Assembly (NCBI GenBank): GCA_963769425.1
Contig: CAVYLP010000003.1
Span: 224,001 to 288,000 of the forward strand
Direction of reading: 5' to 3'
DNA from: Candidatus Bathyarchaeota archaeon
GTDB taxonomy: Archaea; Thermoproteota; Bathyarchaeia; TCS64
DNA: 64,000 bases
In this document: positions 38,688 through 48,585 of the stretch, in pieces
How the letters are laid out: every line of letters starts with the position of its first letter
How positions within the stretch are numbered: position 1 is the first letter of the stretch
Made by a program: the position numbers and the translations under genes
Notes under the pieces: model-generated
The model's input: the letters and a program-made list of their open reading frames with translations, nothing else
Databases searched by the model: none
What the model was told of the DNA's origin: nothing

Positions 38688-38900
38688 ATGCGTATTATCG
38701 TCGACGTCAAGGCCGAGTCCCGGGAGGAGAGCGTGGAGGAGATAGGCGAAGGCCACTACCTTGTGAGGGTTAAGGAGCCCCGCAAGAAGGGGAAGGCGAA
38801 CGTAGCTGTCCTCAAACTGCTGAAGAAGCATCTGGGTAAACAGGTCGCTCTCGTCTCTGGGGCGACTTCGACCACAAAGATCATTGAGGTCGAGGAGTAA
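38688..38900 (+). CDS. DUF167/YggU family protein
   Basis: VKEP..GKAN..SGATS..K. Confidence 0.85.
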   Translation: MRIIVDVKAESREESVEEIGEGHYLVRVKEPRKKGKANVAVLKLLKKHLGKQVALVSGATSTTKIIEVEE

Positions 38901-38933
38901 GGAACTTAAACACAAGAGGGGAAACGTGGAGGC

Positions 38934-39569
38934 ATGACAAAGATAACCGAGCGCATCAGGGGCGTAGCAGTCTCCCTCGCAGACGGCCTCAGCACCATGG
39001 TCTATATACTCAAATGCGAGGGGGGGCTCATTCTTATAGACGTCGGCTTCACCCCCCTCTGCATCGAGAATATCGATGCAGAGCTGCGCGATATGGGGGA
39101 GAAGTGGGACAGCATTAAGCTCATACTCATCACACACGCCCACGGCGACCACATAGAGAACCTCCAAAAGGTCCTCGAACTCACAGGCCACCCAGAGGTG
39201 ATGCTTGGAGCAGGAGACATGGACGCGCTGAAAGAACAGACAGGCGTTGAGGCTGACATGGGTTTAGAGCAAGGCGACATCATCGACGCCTGCGGTGGCA
39301 TAGAAATTATAAACGTACCAGGCCACTCCGAGGGCAACCTTACCTATTATATCCGCGAGGAGAAGGCTATGATAGTCGGGGACACAATCTTCGGCGACGA
39401 TGACGGAAATCTCTACACCCCACCCGCTAAGTACAGTGACGATGCCGAAATGGCGAAACGGGAGATCAAGAAGCTACTCGACTACGATTTCGACAAACTC
39501 CTCCTTGCACATGGTAAGAATATACTTAGAAACGCGAAAGAGGAAGTCGAGAAACTGGCGAACTCCTAA
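38934..39569 (+). CDS. MBL-fold metallo-hydrolase
   Basis: THAHGDH, PGHSEG, GD, HG. Confidence 0.88.
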   Translation: MTKITERIRGVAVSLADGLSTMVYILKCEGGLILIDVGFTPLCIENIDAELRDMGEKWDSIKLILITHAHGDHIENLQKVLELTGHPEVMLGAGDMDALKEQTGVEADMGLEQGDIIDACGGIEIINVPGHSEGNLTYYIREEKAMIVGDTIFGDDDGNLYTPPAKYSDDAEMAKREIKKLLDYDFDKLLLAHGKNILRNAKEEVEKLANS

Positions 39570-39862
39570 CCGAGCGCAGCTATTACATCTTTGACAACTT
39601 TGCCCGGTTCGAGGCCGAGTTGCTTCGCCTTTGTTGTTGCAGCCTTTATCGGGGCGTTGAGGACATCGTCAAAGGTCTTCACTCCGCTCACGATGGCTGC
39701 AGCGGAGCCGAACTTCTCGGCGGCTTCTATATTGAGGTAACCGCACATGACGTAGCCCTTGGCTCCCTTGATTAGGAGGAGTGGTGGCGCGTTCTCGGGT
39801 AGCGTCGACTTCATCGCCTGGAAAGTTTTACCTCCGATCTCAATCTTCTCGATCTCAAACAT
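39566..39862 (-). CDS. DUF1805/YunC family protein
   Basis: GYVMCGYLN..AAIVSGV..DDVL..LG. Confidence 0.82.
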   Translation of the reverse strand: MFEIEKIEIGGKTFQAMKSTLPENAPPLLLIKGAKGYVMCGYLNIEAAEKFGSAAAIVSGVKTFDDVLNAPIKAATTKAKQLGLEPGKVVKDVIAALG

Positions 39863-40019
39863 ATCTAGTCGATAGATGAGGCTTGGATCTGGAGATTTAA
39901 CCTCTTCGGGGTTAGCCACAGGTGTAAAAACCCATTTTTTTTTATTTATGAACAGTGGCAAAAATTATAGGAACAGGTCCACTGGAGTTGTAGAACTCTT
40001 GAACGACTACATGTTCATC

Positions 40020-40255
40020 GATTCCTAGTGGCAGGTGCAAAAAGTGATGAATTTCCGGGATACCACCCTACTAGGAATCCACACCCAACCAGCCAGTGAG
40101 CCATACCACCCTACTAGGAATCAGATTCCTAGTGGCAGGTATCAGAGGGTCGAGGTGAGCACTCCGCGATTCCACCCTACTAGGTATGGGATTCCTACCC
40201 ACAGGTGCGAGTCATACCATGCTACTAGGAATCCGGTTCCTAGTGGCAGGAATCC
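40020..40255. repeat. Array B: alternating TACCACCCTACTAGGAA / TTCCTAGTGGCAGGWA units on a 22-bp lattice, related to A1/A2
   Basis: Units at 40022, 40061, 40104, 40126, 40170, 40192, 40215, 40237; exact 20-mer at 40060/40103; perfect palindrome 40113-40133. Confidence 0.9.
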
Positions 40256-40487
40256 ACGCGGGGTTAGTTGCCATGAGGAAATTCCACTATTTAATCGCCC
40301 TAAAGGGACACAGGAAGATCCATTCGGGGCTTTCGCACTATCTATTCACTATAGATACACGAGTTCGCCCTGTAATTTTGATTTTTTTCGCAGCTTTTTA
40401 ACCCCCACTCGTCGAGGTCCAGAACAAATAATAATCGGTTAACTGTTGTTAATTAAAATAGAGCTAAAAAGGCTAGCTTTAAGGAAC

Positions 40488-40724
40488 TCAGCCGGATTTC
40501 GATTTGAACATGGTGAAACCGCAGTTTCCGCATGTGTAGCGGTCACCGTGGTCGGCCATGAAGTATCCGCGCCCACACCTGTTGCAGAAGGGCCTCTTCC
40601 TCTCCAACTTACCGTCCTTGATCTCGTACTTCTTGTAGATCGAGTCGGCGCCCTTCTTCGGCTTCTTCTCAGCCGGTTTCTTATCCGCGGGCTTCTTGCC
40701 CTGTGGTGGTGGTGTTTGAGCCAT
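40488..40724 (-). CDS. rps27ae: Ribosomal protein eS31 (S27ae)
   Basis: CNRCG..FMADH..CGNCG. Confidence 0.94.
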   Translation of the reverse strand: MAQTPPPQGKKPADKKPAEKKPKKGADSIYKKYEIKDGKLERKRPFCNRCGRGYFMADHGDRYTCGNCGFTMFKSKSG

Positions 40725-41068
40725 TACTTCTTCTCCTCCTCAGGCGCAGCGGGGGCGGCGGCGGTGGCGGGCTTCTCCTCGGCCTTCACGGCCTCCTTCC
40801 CCTTGTTGCGGATGATGATATACTTGGGCTCCACTGCCTCCGCCGTCGCCGCGTCGTTATAGACGTGGGCGAGGCCAGTCGTCACCCTTGTACCAGACTT
40901 CGCCTCCAAGACGCGGACGTAGACGTTATCGAGCTCGGTCCTCATTAGGACCGAGATCTCACGCCTGACATCGGCTCTGCTCGGAGTGGAGGCCTCAGTA
41001 ACCTTGAAGGCTAACTCCTTTCTACCAACCACCTTGTTGATCTTGGTGGATGTTAACTCCAGCTTCAC
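40724..41068 (-). CDS. rps24e: Ribosomal protein eS24
   Basis: GRKE, TPSR, AHVY, EPKY..RN. Confidence 0.92.
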   Translation of the reverse strand: MKLELTSTKINKVVGRKELAFKVTEASTPSRADVRREISVLMRTELDNVYVRVLEAKSGTRVTTGLAHVYNDAATAEAVEPKYIIIRNKGKEAVKAEEKPATAAAPAAPEEEKK

Positions 41069-41071
41069 TGT

Positions 41072-41557
41072 CTATTTCATCTCCATTCGGTTGAGGAATC
41101 CCCTCGCCCAGTCCCGCCTCTCGTCGGAAACGGTCACTACAACAAGCCCCTCGTGGGGCTGGCCGTAGGCTATCACCGATCCGATAGGCATCTCAGCCAA
41201 CAGCGGGAGGACCAGGAGGTCCTCTTCACCTTCCACGACTACCGCCACCCGCCTTTTAAGCGTTACCGCGGCCCGGAGGACGAGCCAAGCCTCCGCGTTG
41301 ATCGTCGCCGCCTCGTTGGGGACGTGTATCTCCTTCAAACCATGCTCGACCGGCTCGACTACGGCCCTGAGCGTCTTGCCATCAACCACAACGATATCGG
41401 GGAACAGCCCGGCGCAGATGAGGTTGGCCGCGACGAAGTCCCCGACAACTGCGAGGAGCGGTGGCTTTACCTTGAGCTTCTCCTTGAGACGGACGGCTGT
41501 ATCCTTCGGCTCACCTCGGTAAAGTTCGCCGAGGGGCGTCTTCAACTCGATACGCAT
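41072..41557 (-). CDS. GTP-dependent dephospho-CoA kinase (DUF359)
   Basis: VGD, VDGKT, GEEDL, YGQP; conserved position after spt4. Confidence 0.88.
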   Translation of the reverse strand: MRIELKTPLGELYRGEPKDTAVRLKEKLKVKPPLLAVVGDFVAANLICAGLFPDIVVVDGKTLRAVVEPVEHGLKEIHVPNEAATINAEAWLVLRAAVTLKRRVAVVVEGEEDLLVLPLLAEMPIGSVIAYGQPHEGLVVVTVSDERRDWARGFLNRMEMK

Positions 41558-41609
41558 AGATTCGGGTAGAAGCAGAGTCTTGATCTGGGGGAGGCTTGGA
41601 TCCTTGTTC

Positions 41610-41795
41610 TTAGCGTATCTTGAGGGCGTAACGCCCCGCCTCTTTGATCTTCATCTTCTCAGCCAACTGGCTCTTGGATGGGTCGAGTATGATGACAAAT
41701 CCGAGGAAGTCCTCGCTTAGCTCCGAGCCCTTGCAGACAGGGCAGACGTTCTCGTCGGTAATTATCTTACAAGTTCTGCAGGCTTTGAGTGGCAT
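41610..41795 (-). CDS. spt4: Transcription elongation factor Spt4 (RpoE'')
   Basis: KACRTC..CPVC..IILDP..GRYALK. Confidence 0.94.
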   Translation of the reverse strand: MPLKACRTCKIITDENVCPVCKGSELSEDFLGFVIILDPSKSQLAEKMKIKEAGRYALKIR

Positions 41796-42370
41796 TACTT
41801 CTTCTTCTCCTCCTTGGGGGCATCCATCGCTTTGACCTCTGCGTCGATCCAATCGATCTTGCCGAGCATCGGCTGGCGAGCCGTGACACCGATCTTGCCT
41901 GAGCTCCTGCCCTTGGGGAAACTGACGGCGACCATCCTCACCCTGAAGAGGTCACCCCTCTGAATGGTTCGCCCGCTCTCCTTGCCGAGGAGGATGCCCT
42001 GCCTCTCATCGTAGCTGATGAAGTCATCCATCAACTGGCTGACGTGTAGCAGCGCGTCCACCGGCCCGATCCTGAGGAAGGTACCGAAGTCAGCGACCTC
42101 GACCACCTCGCCCTCAACAATCTCTTGTAGCTGTGGGAAGAAGGTCATGATGCTGAAGGTAACCTGATGGTGTGTCCCACCGTCACCTGGAACGATGCGA
42201 CCTATGGGGTTGACCTCGACCTTGATGACCGAGATGACGTAACCGAGGTCCTCGTCGACGAGCCCCTCGTATTTACCGCGTAGCTCCTCGTAAGCTGCGG
42301 CGTCGAGTGGCTGGCCGAACTTGTTTGGACTTATCCTGATGGTGTCCTTAAGGGTGACTAGGTTGAACAT
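41795..42370 (-). CDS. rpoE: RNA polymerase subunit Rpo7 (E')
   Basis: GDGG, EGEVVE, GPVDALLHVSQ, RQPMLGK. Confidence 0.95.
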   Translation of the reverse strand: MFNLVTLKDTIRISPNKFGQPLDAAAYEELRGKYEGLVDEDLGYVISVIKVEVNPIGRIVPGDGGTHHQVTFSIMTFFPQLQEIVEGEVVEVADFGTFLRIGPVDALLHVSQLMDDFISYDERQGILLGKESGRTIQRGDLFRVRMVAVSFPKGRSSGKIGVTARQPMLGKIDWIDAEVKAMDAPKEEKKK

Positions 42371-42420
42371 CGCATCGCCTCAATTTAGCCGGGGTTGATT
42401 CATAAAAACGTTCCTGAAGC

Positions 42421-43146
42421 TCACAGTTCTATGAGCACCTCGAAGGACTCCTTGCTGATGATCTCTCCGAGGTCCTTCTTCCACTCGTCGCCGACGGCAA
42501 CTAGGATGTATATCCCCGCGATGTCGGCGCGCTGGTTCCTTACGAGGTCGACGAGCGCCTTCACGGTCTCTCCGCTGCGGACGACGTCGTCGATGATGAG
42601 TATGCTGTCTTTCTTCTTGAGGGAGGCCTTGGGGACGTACATCGTCTTTCTCATCGCCGAGCCCTTGGGGATGAAGGACTCCTCTAGGAAGTCGTTTATC
42701 CCGACCTCTCTGGTCTCTTTCGCGACTAGGAGGTCCACATCAAGGAGATTGGCGACGAGGGTGGAGACGGGTATGCCGTCCACAGCCGCCGTGAGAACCT
42801 TCGTCACGCGGCGCCCCGCGAACTTCTCCATCGCGTAGTTCGCCATGATCTTTAACCAGGTAATCTCCGCGACGAGGGGCGTGTTGTCGAAGTAACCCTC
42901 CTCGTCGAAGTTGATCCTCTTCTTTAGTTCGGCCTTTATGTCCGTTATTTCCATTAGCTTCTCGTATAGGCCCTGGGCCCTGTCGTAGCTCGGGAGGACG
43001 TGCCCCCTCATGTACCTGCTGAGTATTGGCGGGCTGAGGCCGAGGTAGTCGGATAGTTCTTGATATGTGTGACTCTCGCTCGCGACCTTCAGGAGGTCGG
43101 TGATCATCATTCTATATTTTAGTTCCCGTACCCTCGTCTCTGCCAT
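42421..43146 (-). CDS. HTH plus phosphoribosyltransferase protein (PurR-like)
   Basis: N-terminal TYQELS..LSRY..GHVLP; LIIDDVVRSGET. Confidence 0.85.
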   Translation of the reverse strand: MAETRVRELKYRMMITDLLKVASESHTYQELSDYLGLSPPILSRYMRGHVLPSYDRAQGLYEKLMEITDIKAELKKRINFDEEGYFDNTPLVAEITWLKIMANYAMEKFAGRRVTKVLTAAVDGIPVSTLVANLLDVDLLVAKETREVGINDFLEESFIPKGSAMRKTMYVPKASLKKKDSILIIDDVVRSGETVKALVDLVRNQRADIAGIYILVAVGDEWKKDLGEIISKESFEVLIEL

Positions 43147-43170
43147 TCACATCATCCCCAGCTGGCGGAG

Positions 43171-43263
43171 CGGGCCTGAGGGGATTTGAACCCCTGACCA
43201 ACGGCTCTCTTCGACCCTAAGGTCCTAAAAGGCCGACGCTCTTCCTTGCTGAGCTACAGGCCC
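43171..43263 (-). tRNA. tRNA-Lys(TTT) with 19-nt canonical intron (43207-43225)
   Basis: Acceptor GGGCCTG/CAGGCCC; CTTTTA|GGACCTTAGGGTCGAAGAG|A forms a BHB. Confidence 0.9.
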
Positions 43264-43443
43264 ATGGCCCTAAGCGTTAACCCATTAGGACAAACATGGT
43301 ATTTAACTGTTTTTGGTTTTGCTTTAATTGTTTAATATAAATGCACTAATCGGTTAAATTTACACACGGGTGCAAGGAGGGCATAGAAGGGGTACCTCGA
43401 CATACTTATTAGACCGCTCTTGTTTATCCCTCTGTTAATCAGC

Positions 43444-43537
43444 GCGGTCGTAGTCCAGCCTGGTAGGACGCCAGCCCCCCACGAGTGTTTCTCGGGGAAA
43501 GTTGGTGACCCGGGTCCAATTCCCGGCGACCGCACCA
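43444..43537 (+). tRNA. tRNA-Gly(CCC) with 18-nt canonical intron (43482-43499), CCA encoded
   Basis: Acceptor GCGGTCG/CGACCGC; CCCCCA|CGAGTGTTTCTCGGGGAA|A forms a BHB. Confidence 0.88.
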
Positions 43538-43538
43538 C

Positions 43539-44729
43539 TTACTCGGACCTGAGAGCCTCAACAGGGTTGAGATTCGCGGCCCTCCAGGCGGGGTAGATCC
43601 CGGATAGGGTGGAGGTCAGGACGGCGAATCCTACCACCATCACCCCGATCATGGCAGATGGGACGGCGGTGATCCCGACAATCGAACCTATGGCTCCACT
43701 TAGCCCGAATCCTACGAGCACACCCAGTAGACCGCCTATGAGGCCTGTGAATACTGCCTCGGAGATGAACATCAATAAGACGTGCTTGCTCTTCGCTCCG
43801 ATAGCCTTCATGATACCTATCTCGCGTGTGCGCTCCATGACGCTGATGGTCATGGTGTTAATTATCCCGATGCCCGCGACCACGAGGCTTATGGCGGCTA
43901 TCCCGCCGAGGACTGCTTGAATCGAACCTACGACCTGATCCATCACAGCCTTAGCTGACTCGTAAGTCACCGCGCTGTAGCCCTTGCCCATCTTTGTCTT
44001 GATTGCTGCAGCGGTGGATGCGACGTTTTCAATTGAGTCGGCCTGCGCCATGACGTAAGTGAACTGGTTCCCCGTCTCGTAGAACTGTTGGGCGTCTCTT
44101 AGCGACATGGCAATGGAGTCGTCGAGGTTCACACCGAAACTGGCGCCCGTCTTGGCGAGGATACCCACAACGCGCACCGTCAGGGTCTTGTCCACGTCGT
44201 TCACTCTCGTGTTTAGAGTTATCCTATCACCAATGCCTAGGACGGGTTTTGTCTGGTCCTGCGGTAGAGCGACGTTCGCCCCGATTATCACTACGCCGTT
44301 ATCACTCCTGACGAGCCCTCTCCCATCAGATATTTCGGTATTCTGATTGATCTTCTGGTAATCCTCGGTTATGCCGAAAGTCGAGACGCGGTAAATCTTC
44401 CCTTGAAGCGTGTATGTTGCCATCTTGTTCGCAATAATCGGAGTTGCCGCAATGACGTGTTGTACCTTCTCAATGGTTGTAAGGTCCCTTAACGTTAATG
44501 TGCCGATCGACATAGTCCCCCCGGTGAATCCACCGGGGACTACCATGATGTTTTGAGGGCCAAAGATCTGGAGCTGGCCACTGATGTTATCGCTGAGTCC
44601 TTGGGTTATGGAAACGAGGCCGGTCACAGCCGCGCAGCCGATAAGTATGCCGATCAGGTTCAGAGCGAACCTGAATTTCCTCGACCTGACGCTCTCCCAG
44701 GCCGCGCCGAAGATGTCTCCAATGTTCAA
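43539..44729 (-). CDS. ABC transporter permease, MacB/FtsX family
   Basis: LIGILIG, SVMERTREIGIMKAIGA, PAWRAA.L.PVEALR. Confidence 0.93.
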   Translation of the reverse strand: MNIGDIFGAAWESVRSRKFRFALNLIGILIGCAAVTGLVSITQGLSDNISGQLQIFGPQNIMVVPGGFTGGTMSIGTLTLRDLTTIEKVQHVIAATPIIANKMATYTLQGKIYRVSTFGITEDYQKINQNTEISDGRGLVRSDNGVVIIGANVALPQDQTKPVLGIGDRITLNTRVNDVDKTLTVRVVGILAKTGASFGVNLDDSIAMSLRDAQQFYETGNQFTYVMAQADSIENVASTAAAIKTKMGKGYSAVTYESAKAVMDQVVGSIQAVLGGIAAISLVVAGIGIINTMTISVMERTREIGIMKAIGAKSKHVLLMFISEAVFTGLIGGLLGVLVGFGLSGAIGSIVGITAVPSAMIGVMVVGFAVLTSTLSGIYPAWRAANLNPVEALRSE

Positions 44730-44741
44730 GGTTTATTCATC

Positions 44742-46268
44742 TTATTGGAGTCCGAATAGCCTTCTCAGCCAGCCCCATATTCCGCCGTTGTTTGAGGTGG
44801 TCGGGATTACCGTTGATGGGCTAGTGACGGTGAGAGGTAAGCTGATCGTGGCGTTCTGCTGGTTGTTCCTGCTGTCGAGGTACGTGATCCTCAGCTTCAG
44901 GCTATAGTCGCCCGTCGTTGAGCTGTTGCTTATGGCGTACTTCAGCGTGAACGGGACGGGGCTATCCGGGTCTATCGCGCCGATGTACTCGGTGCCGCCG
45001 GCGATCTGCTTAACAGGGCCCTCCGGCAGAACCTGAATCCTCGTGAACTCAACCCTGCCCGTGCCAACCAGCAGCAGGTCCGCCTCAAGCGTTTGAGTGC
45101 TCCCCCTCTCCGCCGTGAGCACAAGGTCCTCCATCAGGGAGAACTGGACGAGGTTCTCGACGGGGACAGTTATCGTCTCCGTTGCTGTGCCCTGAAGGCC
45201 CTTTGCGTCTATGTACTTCACGCTGACCGTTAGCGGGAAGTCACCCGCTGTGGCGGCGCCGCTGAGCAGCAGGATGTACGTGAACTTCGCATTCCCTCCA
45301 ATGGATAGGTCGCCGAGTGATACGGTTGTGGGGTTCAGAGGCGAGATCAGACCCTTGACATCCGGGCTCAGCACGGCCTTCACGTTGTAGACCGCGGCGT
45401 CAGCACAGGATGCCTGCAGGTCAATGCTGAATTGTTCGCCGGGGATGACCTTACTCGGGTTCATGTTCGTTATAGTGATGACTGGGCTCTTCGTCTGGAC
45501 CGCGGTGGTGACTTCCAGTGGGACGCTGAGGGTCTGTTTTGCCTCGATTCCCGAGTCGTTTGTGAACCATGCCTGCGCCGTCAGAGAGTAGGCGCCTATC
45601 GGGGTGTTCTCAAGCGCCTTGATCTTCAACTCATAAGATGTTGATCCACTCGCCTTCAGCTCGGTGAGGTGGTTGTTGATGCCGTCGGTTAAGGTGAGGA
45701 GAGGGCTAGCCGAGGCGAGGGTTATGTCGACATCCTTTACACTAGTGTTTCCCATGTTCTCCACAGTGAGGGTGATCGTGTTCTCCACTCCGGGTGTAAT
45801 CTTGCTCCCAGAGGTTGTTATCCTCAAGGCGGGGAGCGAAGGTTGGTTAACCACGACGGTTAGTGGGACCGTCACGGTCACGATGCCTCTGCCAGCCCGT
45901 AGGTAGCTAAGAGTCATCGTGAGTGGATAGGCCCCAACAGCTACGCTCTGATCGACCATCACGGTAGCTGAGTAACTGGCCGAGGCTCCGATCGCGATCT
46001 TGTTGATGACGTACTGGGATCCATCAAGGATGGATACGCCGGGCGTCGTTGAGCTTATCAGTGCCTCGATCTCGGTGACGTCGAAGTTGCCGCCGTTATA
46101 GAAGGTTATTCCGATGCTTCCCTTGGACCCTGCTGCCAACGAGGTGTTGGTTGTGGTTACCTGGAGGTGGGGGATGTAGTCCTCCGCGTATGTGGTCGCT
46201 ATCTGGCCCGCTAGTAGGCAGGCGAATAGGATCGTTATTAGATACTTTTTTCCGTTCATTTCTATCAC
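44742..46268 (-). CDS. COG1361 S-layer-like Ig-domain protein
   Basis: Signal peptide, repeated beta-rich 'N.G..G.Y.L' modules; lies between ABC ATPase and permease. Confidence 0.75.
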   Translation of the reverse strand: MIEMNGKKYLITILFACLLAGQIATTYAEDYIPHLQVTTTNTSLAAGSKGSIGITFYNGGNFDVTEIEALISSTTPGVSILDGSQYVINKIAIGASASYSATVMVDQSVAVGAYPLTMTLSYLRAGRGIVTVTVPLTVVVNQPSLPALRITTSGSKITPGVENTITLTVENMGNTSVKDVDITLASASPLLTLTDGINNHLTELKASGSTSYELKIKALENTPIGAYSLTAQAWFTNDSGIEAKQTLSVPLEVTTAVQTKSPVITITNMNPSKVIPGEQFSIDLQASCADAAVYNVKAVLSPDVKGLISPLNPTTVSLGDLSIGGNAKFTYILLLSGAATAGDFPLTVSVKYIDAKGLQGTATETITVPVENLVQFSLMEDLVLTAERGSTQTLEADLLLVGTGRVEFTRIQVLPEGPVKQIAGGTEYIGAIDPDSPVPFTLKYAISNSSTTGDYSLKLRITYLDSRNNQQNATISLPLTVTSPSTVIPTTSNNGGIWGWLRRLFGLQ

Positions 46269-46954
46269 TTGAACCTCTTCTCTCCCGCGATCTCCCCGTC
46301 CCGGATCTCTACGAGCCGGTCGGTGGCCTGGGCCACGTTGGGATCGTGGGTGATGAGTACGAAAGTCTTGCCCTGCTCCTGGTTTAGGTGGCGGAGCAGA
46401 CCCATGATCTCCTGACCGGTTTTGGAGTCTAGGTTACCGGTCAGCTCGTCGCATAGGAAGAGTGGTGGGTCATTCGCGAGGGCTCTCGCTATCGCAACTC
46501 TTTGCTGCTCTCCTCCGCTGAGCTGGTTGGGCCTGTGGTCGATCCTGTCGCCGAGCCCAACTGATTCGAGGAGTTTCTTCGCCCTCTCCTCCCTCTGCTT
46601 GTGCGGGGCACCGCTTATAGAAAGTGGGAGCTCCACGTTGTGGAGGGCGTCCATTCTCTGGATGAGGTTGAACTGCTGGAAGATGAAGCCGATCTCCTTG
46701 TTTCTGAGGTCGGCGAGCCCGTTGTCGTTCAACGTCGATATATCTATCCCGTTTATGAACACCTGGCCGGAGGTTGGGCGGTCGAGGGCTCCGAGCATGT
46801 TGAGTAGAGTGGACTTCCCGCTACCGGAGGGGCCCATGATGGCCATGAACTCCCCCTTCTCGATCTTGATGTTGATGTTCTTTAGCACTATAAGTGGGTG
46901 ACCACCCTGAAGATACTCCTTCACTAAGTCACGTGTCTCTATGACGAGTGTCAA
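46265..46954 (-). CDS. ABC transporter ATP-binding protein (LolD/MacB-like)
   Basis: [22 protein letters not shown]. Confidence 0.95.
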   Translation of the reverse strand: MTLVIETRDLVKEYLQGGHPLIVLKNINIKIEKGEFMAIMGPSGSGKSTLLNMLGALDRPTSGQVFINGIDISTLNDNGLADLRNKEIGFIFQQFNLIQRMDALHNVELPLSISGAPHKQREERAKKLLESVGLGDRIDHRPNQLSGGEQQRVAIARALANDPPLFLCDELTGNLDSKTGQEIMGLLRHLNQEQGKTFVLITHDPNVAQATDRLVEIRDGEIAGEKRFK

Positions 46955-46956
46955 GA

Positions 46957-47496
46957 CTATGCCTCCAGCTCTGATATGGATTTGTCAAGGTCCTCGAGGC
47001 GCTGTGACATCTTCTTGCGCATCCCCTTCAGGAATAGGAGTCGTGTATCCTTGTCCACGCTCTCGTCGAAGAATCCGATGATGTTTCCGAACATATTAGT
47101 GTCGTCGCCTGCCATCCATGAGAATGATGAAATAATTTTCTTTTTTAACTCAGGAGAAATCCACTTGATGAGCACAGTGATGAATCTGGCGCTGAACCGT
47201 GCGCTGCTCTCCTGGTGTGAGCCTATCTGCTCGAGGAATTTTCGGCCATTCTCGGTTATCTGGTAGAAGTCCACGCCGTCGCGCACAAGTAGCTCAATGA
47301 GGCCTCTTCTCTCGAGACTCTTGAGCGCTGGGTATAGAGTCCCTGTCTTGGGCTCCCAGACTCCTTCGAACGCTTCCTTTATGGACTTGAGCATCTCATA
47401 GCCGTACTTCGGTGAGGCCTCCAGCTGTATGAGTAGCAGGAATTGTAGTGGGCTGATCCTTGGGGGCGTCGGCATAGCGTTTCGGAGGGGGGACAA
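46957..47496 (-). CDS. PadR-family transcriptional regulator
   Basis: YGYEM..GTLYPAL..L..Y.IT..G. Confidence 0.9.
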   Translation of the reverse strand: MSPLRNAMPTPPRISPLQFLLLIQLEASPKYGYEMLKSIKEAFEGVWEPKTGTLYPALKSLERRGLIELLVRDGVDFYQITENGRKFLEQIGSHQESSARFSARFITVLIKWISPELKKKIISSFSWMAGDDTNMFGNIIGFFDESVDKDTRLLFLKGMRKKMSQRLEDLDKSISELEA

Positions 47497-47703
47497 TAGG
47501 TTGACCTCTACCTAGTTGATTTTCTACTAGGGGGCTGGGGCATCTTAAAAACATTATGGACATACGTTTTGACCCCTCTAAACCAAATTAACTAAGCGAA
47601 TTCAACGGATTAATTTGGCATCGTCTTCAAACGAGCGAGTATGTGAGTGCTTGCTGAGCGTGTGTGCTTATCTACGGGTGCCCTACTCAGTAATGCGGAC
47701 ATT

Positions 47704-48585
47704 ATGAAGATTCTCGTCCTCTACGGCTCGGTAGCGAGCAGGAACAGCGAGGAATTGGTCGAGGCCGCGAAGAATAAGGGATATGAGGTCGTCGGGGGGA
47801 AGACATCGGAAGTCTCAAGCGAGGTCTCCCCATCTGGCTCACGGTTCTGGCTTAAGGATATCGAGATAACCGACTTCGATGTGTGCCTTCTCCGTAGCTT
47901 CGGCCCCGGTTCCTGCGAGCAGCTTACCCGGCGTATAAGTCTCATCGAGCACATGGAGGTGGCGGGTATCAGGGTCGTCAATCCCTGCTACGCATTCAGG
48001 AGAGCGAGAGACAAGTACGCGACCCAGTACACCCTCAAGGCCGAAGGACTACCCATCCCCACAACATACACGACGGAAGGCATGTCAGACGCGTACCGAG
48101 TCTCCGAGGCTTACGGGGATTTCATCTACAAGCCGATACTCAGCAGCATGGGGAAGGGTAGCATGAGGTTCACCGACCCCGACCTCGCCTACAACGCCTA
48201 CAAGATGCTGGACAGGTACAGCCAGCCCCTAATCCTCCAGAAGTATGTGCAGAATCCCGGCAGGGACATCAGGGTCTTCGTGATAGGGGACTCAGTAGTC
48301 GGCTCCGCCTACAAGTACAGGGCGGAGGGGAAGTGGAAGACGAACGTTGCTCAGGGGGGGCATATGGTGGAGGAGAAGGTACCAGAGGACATACTTGAAC
48401 TCGGGCTTAGGGCTACACACACGATGGGGCTCGATTACTCGGGTGTAGACATTATTGAGTCGCCGGACGGCCCGATTATTCTCGAGGTGAATGGCTCCCC
48501 CGGATGGCAGGCGCTCAACCTTGCCACAAACATCAAGGTCGCTGACGAGATAGTTAGGTACGCGGTGAGTCTAGTATATGGGTGA
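47704..48585 (+). CDS. RimK-family ATP-grasp ligase
   Basis: RDK, KP..SMGKG, RDIRVFV, WKTN..QGG, EVNGSPG. Confidence 0.9.
   Translation: MKILVLYGSVASRNSEELVEAAKNKGYEVVGGKTSEVSSEVSPSGSRFWLKDIEITDFDVCLLRSFGPGSCEQLTRRISLIEHMEVAGIRVVNPCYAFRRARDKYATQYTLKAEGLPIPTTYTTEGMSDAYRVSEAYGDFIYKPILSSMGKGSMRFTDPDLAYNAYKMLDRYSQPLILQKYVQNPGRDIRVFVIGDSVVGSAYKYRAEGKWKTNVAQGGHMVEEKVPEDILELGLRATHTMGLDYSGVDIIESPDGPIILEVNGSPGWQALNLATNIKVADEIVRYAVSLVYG

Noticed and set aside
39978-39986. Confident call of oriC from TCCACTGGA
   Set aside because: A single short ORB-like core with no G-string and no cdc6/orc1 nearby; kept only as a hypothesis under array B.
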